From: a virus
Taxonomy: Duplodnaviria > Caudoviricetes
Strand: one strand, 5' to 3'
Virus record (IMG/VR): IMGVR_UViG_3300013137_000072
Span: 1 to 30,507 of that record
DNA length: 30,507 nucleotides
Shown here: positions 18,501 through 25,573 of the stretch, piece by piece
Layout: every line of letters begins with the position of its first letter
Numbering within the stretch: the stretch's first letter is position 1
Made by a program: the position numbers and the translations under genes
The notes under the pieces: generated by a model
What the model was told of the DNA's origin: nothing
Databases searched by the model: none
The model's input: the letters and a program-made list of their open reading frames with translations, nothing else

Positions 18501-21232
18501 CCAGAACCGTACATACTCTGCCCAAGATTAGCGAGCAAGTTATCCATGTCGGCGTCGAGACGGCCTTGGCGTTCAGCAAACTTTAATTCTCGTGCGCTAG
18601 AAACAGGTTTTACGTCGGTTGTATTTGGGCGGTTTTCAAGTTTTACTTGCGCTTTGCGTACTTTAATATAAGCCTTTGGATCTTCGGCCCTAAGAGGTCT
18701 AAATCGTATATGAGTAGGTTCCACTCCTACTACTACGCCGGGTATATTCCCAACACGTACTTCGTCTCCAACTAAAAAATCATCAGCTAAAGCCTGTAAA
18801 GCTTCTTTAGCAGTACGATCCATATGCTGCACTTCCGCTGACTTCTGATCTGTAGGAATTCCATTTACCGTATTAGGGTCATAATAGACCGAATCAACAG
18901 CCTTAATTTCAGCGTCTAGTGCATTATCTTTAGTTGTTGGCGGCGCTTGTAGGGCATTAATTAAACTTTGAATTGTTCCTACTGGATTAGATTTAAGAGA
19001 CTTATTAATTGCTGATATTTGACCTGTATCTAAGCGTTTACCAATCTCTGATTGTAAAAAATTTTCTGGCGTCAAACGATTACGTTTAGCCTGTTCTAAT
19101 AAAAATTCTAATTCACCAACAGCGTCATCGGCAGAAAGCGGATCTATACCATCGTAGGCTGGGCTTTCAGTAATAATATATGCAAATCCTGTTGGCACTT
19201 TTGCTTCTTGTTCGCCTTTAAGCCCAGCAAGAACTTCGTTTTCAATCTGCTGCATTTTGGCACTACGCTGCTCCATTGGCAGCGCAGCAATCTCGGCTTG
19301 ACGGGCGGCTATGGCGTTGCTTACGGCTAATTGTTCGTTTAGTTTGTCAACTCCTGCCTGCACAGTGGGGTCTTCAGCAGCGGCCAAAGCGTTTGCAATA
19401 ATTTGATCTACCTTATTAATGTCCCCTTGGACTTGCTTTAAGGCCGAATCTACCTTGGCTTGGGAACCTCGTTTATTACCCGCAGTTAGATCTTTGGACG
19501 CGGAAACAAGTCGCACCGCTGCACCAGCAGTGGATGGATAGTTAAGCAAAGCGCCAATCGGTGCAGGTAACCTAGCACTTAAACCTATCATGTCTTTACC
19601 AGACGGGATGTTTAGCCGCGCGGCGATGTTGGCATAGGCATCTTTTGCCTTTTGTATTGACGCATCAAGAGCGTTTAATGACTGCGTTACCGGATTTGCC
19701 GGATCTGTCATTAAGGCGTTGTAATGTATGTTATTGCGGTTTTCCTGTGGGCTTAAGCCTTCACGCGGCTGAAATTGCTCGGCTAATGGACTTGACTTAG
19801 CCGTTGCTCCAACTCCAACCCCACCAGTAGGAACCCCAGAAACCTCCACTCCTCCGGCTCCAGTTTCAGTAGGCTGCTCGGTAATTCCTGCTCCGACACC
19901 TGTTTGGTCAGGTACCTGAAGGCTAGGCTCAATTCTTCCGGCGGCATCCGGCCCAGTAGCTCGTTCTGCCAGTTTTCGTTGTTCATAAGCCTCCACCATC
20001 CCTTCAATTTCTTCTTCGGTAGCATCTCTACCTGTTTGTTGCTTAAATCCAGTTGCAAAAACATTTCGAAGTATTTCTTGCTGCTTTTCCCGTTCTTCAG
20101 CAGCTTTATTTAGCTGTCGTTCTATATCTGCGATAGCTTGGTCTTGTGCAGTTTGTTTAACTTTTTGATACGCACCTACTGCTTCAAATGGCCCAGTTAC
20201 TAACTCACCAGCGGCCTCGGCTATGACTGCTGCGGGATTAGGTATTTCACCTATAGCTAAAGAACCAACAGCTTCACCAGCAGCGCCAAGCCCTGCTTGC
20301 TTACCCATTTCTTTAGTAAATTCTTTGGCGGCTACAGTAGCAGGTTTGTTCGTTCTTAAAGCCTCAACAATTTTCCCTGCAGCGGAACCGGCTGTTTTTA
20401 AAGATATTGCATCAAATACGCCAATGACTCCCGAGCGAATTTCGGCGTTTTTCCAAGCTTCGTCATGCGATTCACCCTTTTGCAGGCGATTAACATATTC
20501 ATTACCAAACTGAGATACAGCAGAACCGACACCGCCCCCAACTGCGCCAGCAGTTGAACTTTGTAAACCAAGTCGGCCTACTAAAGCAGTAGATACCATA
20601 TATGCCATAGCCGGAAATGATTCGGCACCTAAATCGGCAATTACCCCAACAGGATTAGAGATAAGCGCAGCACCTGCTTCTTTTGCGGATTCTAAAAACG
20701 CAACATCATCCCCCATCGCTGCTTTAAGCCGTGCAGTTTCGGGGCGTAAGGGGCTTGCAAGCTCTCGTTCTTTAGCTTCTTTTTGAAATTTAGCAATGTC
20801 TTGTGCGTACTCGCCAGCCTCGGCTTTGTATTTTTCGTATTTTTTCTTTACATCTGGAGGGGCAAGAGGGATGCCGGGGCCACCATACTGCTTCTCATAG
20901 CTAAGCATAGAGCCACGAGCAATTGCGAGGGCTTCACCTTTAGTATTAGCACGGATGTTCTCGAAGCCTGACAAAAGCGCATCTTTAGCGTAGCGGTAAT
21001 TACGAGCAAAAAACCCTTCATCTTCTGGTACTACAGAGCTTGGTTGGGTTGCAGTAACTTCTTCCGGCGGTACAAGAGATGGTGCTTCCGCAACAGGAGC
21101 AACTTCTTCAGGAGTAGCCGGGGCTACTGGCGCTTCTTCTACCTTTGGCGCAGGCGTTTTAGCCTCATCAAATGAGAATCCTTGAGGCTCAAGCGGTTGC
21201 TTAGCCTCCTCAAAGGAAAACCCTACTGCCAT
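12515..21232 (-). CDS. Giant polyvalent internal virion/ejection protein (GHKL ATPase, two zincin HExxH domains, PLxRFG-like C-terminal region)
   Basis: 2905 aa; Gly/Ala-rich hydrophobic N-terminal region; ELLQNSFDA, EDDGIGM, GGYGFAK, HGTKV (GHKL); HELAH and HEVLH; YFPIRRFG; last gene of the ejection-protein cluster. Virion location is inferred from gene position. Confidence 0.8.
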   Translation of the reverse strand: MAVGFSFEEAKQPLEPQGFSFDEAKTPAPKVEEAPVAPATPEEVAPVAEAPSLVPPEEVTATQPSSVVPEDEGFFARNYRYAKDALLSGFENIRANTKGEALAIARGSMLSYEKQYGGPGIPLAPPDVKKKYEKYKAEAGEYAQDIAKFQKEAKERELASPLRPETARLKAAMGDDVAFLESAKEAGAALISNPVGVIADLGAESFPAMAYMVSTALVGRLGLQSSTAGAVGGGVGSAVSQFGNEYVNRLQKGESHDEAWKNAEIRSGVIGVFDAISLKTAGSAAGKIVEALRTNKPATVAAKEFTKEMGKQAGLGAAGEAVGSLAIGEIPNPAAVIAEAAGELVTGPFEAVGAYQKVKQTAQDQAIADIERQLNKAAEEREKQQEILRNVFATGFKQQTGRDATEEEIEGMVEAYEQRKLAERATGPDAAGRIEPSLQVPDQTGVGAGITEQPTETGAGGVEVSGVPTGGVGVGATAKSSPLAEQFQPREGLSPQENRNNIHYNALMTDPANPVTQSLNALDASIQKAKDAYANIAARLNIPSGKDMIGLSARLPAPIGALLNYPSTAGAAVRLVSASKDLTAGNKRGSQAKVDSALKQVQGDINKVDQIIANALAAAEDPTVQAGVDKLNEQLAVSNAIAARQAEIAALPMEQRSAKMQQIENEVLAGLKGEQEAKVPTGFAYIITESPAYDGIDPLSADDAVGELEFLLEQAKRNRLTPENFLQSEIGKRLDTGQISAINKSLKSNPVGTIQSLINALQAPPTTKDNALDAEIKAVDSVYYDPNTVNGIPTDQKSAEVQHMDRTAKEALQALADDFLVGDEVRVGNIPGVVVGVEPTHIRFRPLRAEDPKAYIKVRKAQVKLENRPNTTDVKPVSSARELKFAERQGRLDADMDNLLANLGQSMYGSGITDVAVKELLQNSFDAIKEAIYHKVMTGIGHISITLNEVDRTITIEDDGIGMTSDIVDGAFFKIAGTAKDVPPQLSSGGYGFAKVAFMTSTESISLDTAREGVRNTVSATASQIRRSDFKIKTAPAPKKEHGTKVVVKIPKSYVDQKGEEQSIWFKTSPTSIQALTKPLVGPVEVKVTSITSYANPETTILQTGVNFDYGAMPLLTKVNFDWGTADIYYAVNRSENPKHYVLSSGVYQFNGTGGSYGKFMLTQQDPIPFDIIVDIKSNVKPQNTQYPFTTSRETFRPSHEADVKALVAYLQQVARGAEAQGLQDSFKNIVSMPRIDVGADIRETSEKLKKVFDKRRDEVSKFELPPMPEEVTVRGTQVFDLKGTVLADGRPEDERKIKGSFEAEKEAPKMEQFLLQMSQNPSQPIFHNNTNVDFLEVGRAYGNPEQFFAELGSLYVEMKEAIAKSGMYGYDVLDPKNLWFTGISIDKKYGGLSLLVPYKANYLNPFYDWGARSLFGVRENFLNTMIHELAHVRNREHGVGHNQQMLQIQQYLGDSGIMDYYRDALLDILVRHESTFTAMREAYGRSTTKNTAKSLEDYEESTASAPTGSPISGSEYAPPALQAGERSRGGSDIRPTGATDPTSPIRAGSDEELIVNLGMQSGKFSRPVLEALAKDNLTGALQALAARTTGFYGDLAKVLADLKLPTTIVLNNPANLIRRQINELVAPQQFRLFDYVQRTYPDVYKKYFENYDRAENLEKVYEGLKFLKERNFNMGPVIAEFEDVTGAFNKNIKGLVVPGFFAPEFDTIYLNLESASNDVLLHEVLHAATEAVINADLDTLTPGQRAALEQLYEMFEYAKKQIPLDLYGFTDLHEFVSELFTNKAFRERIQKIPYAPAKQSLLTSIARTIYRLFGINNLAGNAMAQATQLFSAVRTKKPISIGIRFASAPRKAQVRGPITNNWRADEDYGKSYLDMYRQMVKGGVPWPNAAKKVAKLLFDARHSQLRRMVLPEMGLRHLSDVTKMAFPQLQAAVRIVEQMLSYRNQLMTKAASIADDWMALQKKGPTMERLMCRIMLEATLRRIDPDTASSTELDPNDALARAWDVLPDAFRNVYRRVRDFYSNNLNETIREMKSRIMKSGKSLSEKKELLRQLNRQFSLDKLVKPYFPIRRFGRFWFQVGKGNFKEFVEFEDEGSRNIAMELRRQQLIAKGRSDLANTMLSGNGLSELYSKNIATTKVLADVQSLVDELGAIPNPTPKQYKEIEAKLTKELGRKPTVAEVEQRFSTAQMKEELKSSIDQLIYVLLPQQSMRKMFINRQGIQGASADMLRVFATTAVHSAYQQSRFKYAEQFLANLNTARDYVHDKYKGSPNAAVYGDFILEVEARTKQIMSNEDYNAGAVISSKIAEGTYLYMLTAPATALVNLLGFPQLVMSNLGGAYGFVKAYRIAARHFRGYGKSSVKRSFLPLLSLKPAQARFPSLFESGQLNALQQKAADVFLSENDVNISLTSDIMGLGDTPSALYTGRYARAKNFISQPLHQTERIMREVGLLTAFELAYEKFLKEPKRDLSGYVLRDASGQPLMRTQDEAFDDAIQEARDRIGLSLGDFTRQMKPRIMAIPGVNVLFIFKAFPIYATIFIGRTMQEMYSALSASEKQDIRRILSEDLKNAVNSQQIIDQRITEINENLKTIRKEAFSRMAGLLGTAALLGGVAATPFFSIVGTIIAAWFGPDDDEFFDWENWFRNYCQRVLGGYASDLLQKMGASEKTAEEYGKKMGLSVARGPVATATGISLSDRVSLDLRNLWWRDPRYAREERQAALEAAISIGGPAAGLAMNFVDAYSLFNDGRLDRATEKAVPNVVSSPMKAYRMSQEGAKTLAGDELIKEFSAWELALQSIGFQPERLAVKQKSVIEGQTYSKKIEGRKTAIMDRLWYEYENGDSKSYEKALEARDKFNDTYPDFRITPKELNESFEKRRKARNQAEDFGARVTKKLRGRVDPMLDYGRE

Positions 21233-21234
21233 GT

Positions 21235-22704
21235 TTATTTAACCGGAATAAATTGTTTACCATCCCAAGTAGCGGGGCCACGTTGTGTATTGTAAACCAC
21301 ACCTTTTTGCAGTTCGGATTCTTTTGAGGGTAATGGTTTTGCATTGGCGGTAGCTCCATAAGCTGCGTTAACTGAGCGAAGATACGCAAGGTCGCCTTTT
21401 GTAATGTTAGCATCTTCATAAAACTTACTACGAGCATCATCAAGGGCTTTAACGGCTTTAGCTTTACTTTCTTCATTTTTTGCGTCTTGTATGGCCCTAT
21501 TATATTTGCGGTACTCATCAGACTGAACCCAAAGTTCGTTGGCCTTACCTACACGGTTGCTTATTGAATTAAACCTATCGGGTTCTTTTTCAACAATTCT
21601 ACTGTATCGATTAAGCGCAGCATCTAAAGACTCATTTGGCAGTTGAATAGCTCTTGCCCCACGAATAGCTTCCGGCAGCGAATTAGCTATTTTTTCTCTA
21701 GATGTACGATCAAGTTCACCTTGTTTTTCGCGCGCTTCTTGCTCTCTTTCTGACATTGCTATTCTTTCAGCCGATGAAATTGCATCAAGTTTTTCTTTGC
21801 GTGCGGCCTCTTCAAGTTGCAGTTTAAGTTGCATGTCAGCCATTGTCTGTTTACGACGCTCTTTGACATCCTCGGCAAAACCTTTAACTGCGGCTTGGGA
21901 GCCTTTGCCAATATTAGTTAGAGCATAGGGAGACTCACCGCCAAGAATGCCTAGACCTGCCTCTAGCGCACGAGTCCAAGCATCTGTCCGTACATCGGTA
22001 TTTTTGCGGGCTTGATTTGCTAAATACTGCTTGATTACTTCTCGTTCTGGAGATGCCGGTGCTTCTCTTTGTCTAAGTACATTCCCACTAGTGAAAATAT
22101 CTTCGACTGTTCTTGCTTTAAAAGGAATTCTTTGGGCAGGCATAGTAGTGCCTAAGCCAAGTCCTGATCCAAATCCCGGTGTCTGAGAGTCTATATCTTG
22201 CTGGACTGCATTAGAAAACATAGATGCAAACGAGGGTGCTTCTTCGGTGCTATATAAATTTTTGGAACGGTCACGCTCTAAAGCCCTTAAAGATTCTTCG
22301 TCGTTTAAATCTCCACCTGCTTGAAATGCTACGATGCCACCACCTGCATACTCGTTGCTATACATCTCTTCAGGCACAGGTAATGAGGCAACTCCCGTGT
22401 CCATAGGCGGCGTTTCTTGTTGCGGTGCCATAGCCATCATCTGTGGCTGCGGTTGTGGCGCTTCTGCTTGGGCGTTAATAGCTATAGCCTGTTCAATAAC
22501 TGAAGGAGGCATGGGTTGTTGCGCCGCTTGCATATTGGCAGCCTGTTGAGCCATTTGGGCTTTTTCATTCAGGATAATTGGTAGTATGTCAGCTGCTATA
22601 CGACCTTGCTGTGCCATAGCCATAAGTTGCTGCTGTGGCAACTGTGCTAGCGTACTGATTGGCCCTTCCTGAAGTTTAAGGGCTTGAGTTATTCCCATTG
22701 CCAT
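21235..22704 (-). CDS. Putative internal virion/DNA ejection protein
   Basis: Gln/Ala/Met-rich N-terminus, YAGGGIVAFQAGG, amphipathic AGLGILGG segment, long coiled coils; position in the virion operon. Confidence 0.65.
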   Translation of the reverse strand: MAMGITQALKLQEGPISTLAQLPQQQLMAMAQQGRIAADILPIILNEKAQMAQQAANMQAAQQPMPPSVIEQAIAINAQAEAPQPQPQMMAMAPQQETPPMDTGVASLPVPEEMYSNEYAGGGIVAFQAGGDLNDEESLRALERDRSKNLYSTEEAPSFASMFSNAVQQDIDSQTPGFGSGLGLGTTMPAQRIPFKARTVEDIFTSGNVLRQREAPASPEREVIKQYLANQARKNTDVRTDAWTRALEAGLGILGGESPYALTNIGKGSQAAVKGFAEDVKERRKQTMADMQLKLQLEEAARKEKLDAISSAERIAMSEREQEAREKQGELDRTSREKIANSLPEAIRGARAIQLPNESLDAALNRYSRIVEKEPDRFNSISNRVGKANELWVQSDEYRKYNRAIQDAKNEESKAKAVKALDDARSKFYEDANITKGDLAYLRSVNAAYGATANAKPLPSKESELQKGVVYNTQRGPATWDGKQFIPVK

Positions 22705-23645
22705 TATGTTTTACTCATCAAGTTATACAGACTTAGACCAGACAACCCAAGGCCAGCCAACTGGCTTGCAAACGAGGGCGGTGGGGTGGTTGTCTGTGTT
22801 GTAGTATCAGTAAGTGGAATGCCACGAATAAAGTTACTAAGTTTATCAAGCTGCTGCTCAGGGTACTGGATACGCTGCAATAAGTTTTGATAGTCAATAT
22901 CTGTTTTCTGCTGCTGCACTGCACGCTCATAGTCACCATAGGCGCCAAGAGTTTTTAAGCGGTCAATGTCTGCGGCTTGTTGCGCTACACCTAACTGACC
23001 AAACTGCTGTCCTAATGTACCAAAAGTTTGTGCCTGTTGCAGACGGGCAGCGCGCTCTGATTCCAACCCTTTTTGCCCAGCCTCATAGGCAGCCTGAAGA
23101 CCTTTGGCTTGGATGTCACCGAGTTGATTCTGGAGGTTGCGCTCACGCTCTGTGGTGGCAAGCAATTGCCGTGCCCCGCCATAAGTACCTTGACGTGCGG
23201 CTCCTAAGTTAGTGGCTAACTGGGCTTTCTGTGCATCTGTTAGGGCTTGCTGTTTTTGAACGTCAATCACGCCCTGTGCATAGGGAGACATATACTGCTG
23301 CATCACCCCCTGATCCAACATACTTGGCAGCCCAGTAGCAGCGGCATAGCCTGAGCCAAGAGCACCCGTACCCATAGCAAACTGACTGGGTGTCTGCATC
23401 GCGGAAAGTTGAGATCCAACTTGCTGCTGTCCGGGGGTTAGACCCGCTACCCGCTGTGCTCCGGTGTAGAGGTTAGCCGCCTCTAGGGGGCCTTTGATAT
23501 TGGCCTGATACTCGGCAGGAGATCCTGCTCCGTAAAGTTTAAATGCCTGTGGAATTAGGCCGGGGACGCCTTGGGCACCGGTTTTATAGAACTCTTCAAA
23601 CGCGGTAGGTAGCGCTGAGGTTACGACTTGTGAAGTAGTTGCCAT
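22704..23645 (-). CDS. Putative DNA ejection/pilot protein
   Basis: Gln/Ala/Gly-rich, YMSPY, GTYGGARQ, C-terminal Thr run and Gly-rich hydrophobic tail like podoviral pilot proteins; AAAGGA RBS. Confidence 0.65.
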   Translation of the reverse strand: MATTSQVVTSALPTAFEEFYKTGAQGVPGLIPQAFKLYGAGSPAEYQANIKGPLEAANLYTGAQRVAGLTPGQQQVGSQLSAMQTPSQFAMGTGALGSGYAAATGLPSMLDQGVMQQYMSPYAQGVIDVQKQQALTDAQKAQLATNLGAARQGTYGGARQLLATTERERNLQNQLGDIQAKGLQAAYEAGQKGLESERAARLQQAQTFGTLGQQFGQLGVAQQAADIDRLKTLGAYGDYERAVQQQKTDIDYQNLLQRIQYPEQQLDKLSNFIRGIPLTDTTTQTTTPPPSFASQLAGLGLSGLSLYNLMSKT

Positions 23646-23655
23646 AATATATCCT

Positions 23656-25245
23656 TTAAGCAGGCATCATTCTGCGAGTATTAACTTCAGGCGCCTGACG
23701 GGTTTTACCTGTACGTGACTTACGAATCCGATCCATCATTGCATATAACTTTTTAGCCCCGGCATTAGAAGAGCCGTTACCAAGGTGCGATACTACGTCG
23801 GCGGGAACTACAAACTCACCATCGGCCAGACGGGCTTCTTGTTTGCCACCAATACGGGCGGGAATACTATCACTCATCCCATCACCACCACCCCGAAGAT
23901 ACCGAGGGGGCAAACCACCTTTGGCTAGAGAAGCAATACCACCCTGCATCATATTGTCATCGCCACCAATTTCATCGTCGTAGGAGTTGATCCGCCCACC
24001 CATAGCCATGCCACGCTCACGACGAACTTCTTCTTCAGTTAGGCGTTGGTAATTGTAAGGGTAGTCACGAAGAACGCTCTGCGCCCATGCGATTTCTTCT
24101 GCTTTCTTATTTGCTTGATCCCGAAGAATACGATCTGCTTCTTCTTTGGCAGCGTCAAGTTCTTTTTTGGTTTGGTATGCAGTGTAGCCACCATAAGCAA
24201 TAGCAGCGGTAGTCATAGGATTAGAAGCCGCGAGATCGTAAGCACCTTCTGCCAAGGAACCAGCAGCCCCTAAAACATTTTCTCCAGCAGCATCAAGACC
24301 ACGAATACCAGTAGCATCTACGGCTCTTGGCATATTGTAAGTTTCAACCGGTGGCAAATTGTAACCGGGTTTATAAGAACCACCACGCTCAGTAACACCA
24401 CCCTCAAACCCACTCATATCAGGAACGTTTGGTGCAGGGGCAGGAGCTGGAATACCATCTGTCATGGTAGGTGAATCTAAAACGGCGGATTGGTTTATTG
24501 CTGGGGCGCCGCTAACATAAGAACTGGGGTCTGCAGTATAAGGAATTGCTTGTTGTCCTGCGCCTGCAATTGCGCTTTCTACAGAGCCTATGGGTGGGGC
24601 TGAAGGAATATTAGGATCCATACCCGGAATACCTTCAAAACCACTTGCATCAAAACCACCCGGCCCATAGCCACCCGGCCCCCCATATCCGCTATAAGGA
24701 AGGTCAGACATAGAAGCACCCTCAGACCCAATACCACCGCCAGCAGGGGCACCCCCCATGTATTCTTTAATTCCCTGCCCTATTTGTTGCAGAGCAGCAG
24801 CCTTAGCGGCGCCTTTTACATCAAAACTACTACCCTCTGGGGCTAGACCAGCGTATAAAAACGCAGAAACTGGGTGCAAGTAAGACGCCATCTGAGCAAT
24901 CGGCCCAAGAATTTTGTTTCTGGCAATCGACTCAATACCGCTTTCAATCCCTTTACCAATCGCAGAGCCTAGTTTATAAATTGGTTTGGGGACAATTTTC
25001 TTTAAGATGCCAAACTCGGGTAAACCCGTATGTGGGTTTATAGTTCCTGATCCGCCAAGGAGTTGTAGGATACCGGCCTCTTGGGGGGTAATATGGGCAA
25101 GGACTGTGTCTTCTCCCCGACCACGTTGCCGGATCATCTCAGCGGCATTTTCTAGGCCGTAGGTTTCTTTAACCCGACCACCCCCTTCAAAGGTAGGCAT
25201 GGGAGGGGCGTATGCGTATTGGGGGGTAGCAGGGGATGAGTACAT
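23656..25245 (-). CDS. Putative internal virion protein with xAxGG repeats and a tape-measure-type SDSIPA domain
   Basis: GRGEDTVLAHITP..GGSGTINPHTGLPEF N-domain; Gly/Pro low-complexity middle; C-terminal GDGMSDSIPA...LADGEFVVPADVV. Confidence 0.7.
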   Translation of the reverse strand: MYSSPATPQYAYAPPMPTFEGGGRVKETYGLENAAEMIRQRGRGEDTVLAHITPQEAGILQLLGGSGTINPHTGLPEFGILKKIVPKPIYKLGSAIGKGIESGIESIARNKILGPIAQMASYLHPVSAFLYAGLAPEGSSFDVKGAAKAAALQQIGQGIKEYMGGAPAGGGIGSEGASMSDLPYSGYGGPGGYGPGGFDASGFEGIPGMDPNIPSAPPIGSVESAIAGAGQQAIPYTADPSSYVSGAPAINQSAVLDSPTMTDGIPAPAPAPNVPDMSGFEGGVTERGGSYKPGYNLPPVETYNMPRAVDATGIRGLDAAGENVLGAAGSLAEGAYDLAASNPMTTAAIAYGGYTAYQTKKELDAAKEEADRILRDQANKKAEEIAWAQSVLRDYPYNYQRLTEEEVRRERGMAMGGRINSYDDEIGGDDNMMQGGIASLAKGGLPPRYLRGGGDGMSDSIPARIGGKQEARLADGEFVVPADVVSHLGNGSSNAGAKKLYAMMDRIRKSRTGKTRQAPEVNTRRMMPA

Positions 25246-25273
25246 AGCGTGATTATCCTAGATTTGTCAACAG

Positions 25274-25573
25274 TTAGGAAGTGGTTACAGATACCGTCCC
25301 CAACGCCCCAGAACCAGATACTCCGGCTGTGTAGGCAACATTTGGGACAACTATTTTTAAGTCTTCTCCAACCCTAAATACGGTGCCGGTTCTAAGTCCG
25401 TAGCCGGATGTAGGTAGGGCTAGAAGCAAAAGCCCCTCTATCTGAAGCGAAGTCGTTGAGTCTAATTGGTTAAAGTACAGGCGCAATGTCCGAATGAGGT
25501 TGGTAAGATACTGCTGATCGTACTCAGGTGGCGGGACAGGTAGCGGCGGGGCTACAAATTGTTGCATTCCCAT
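25274..25573 (-). CDS. Small virion-associated hypothetical protein
   Basis: PPLPVPPPEYDQQY..LRLYFNQLD; TGATG coupling to the upstream tail gene. Confidence 0.7.
   Translation of the reverse strand: MGMQQFVAPPLPVPPPEYDQQYLTNLIRTLRLYFNQLDSTTSLQIEGLLLLALPTSGYGLRTGTVFRVGEDLKIVVPNVAYTAGVSGSGALGTVSVTTS

Noticed and set aside
18070-18560. Captured host htpG or histidine kinase gene
   Set aside because: In frame within a 2905-aa phage ORF; no recognisable Hsp90 C-terminal dimerisation region or kinase H-box.
14700-20050. Sigma-region-3-like motifs LTKELGRKPTVAEVE and FKQQTGRDATEEEIE suggesting a sigma factor or virion RNA polymerase
   Set aside because: Short generic helix-turn motifs; no sigma regions 2/4 or RNAP catalytic motifs seen.
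25265-25270. Perfect TTGACA on the - strand as the -35 box
   Set aside because: Only 7 bp from GATAAT and no good -10 at 16-18 bp spacing.
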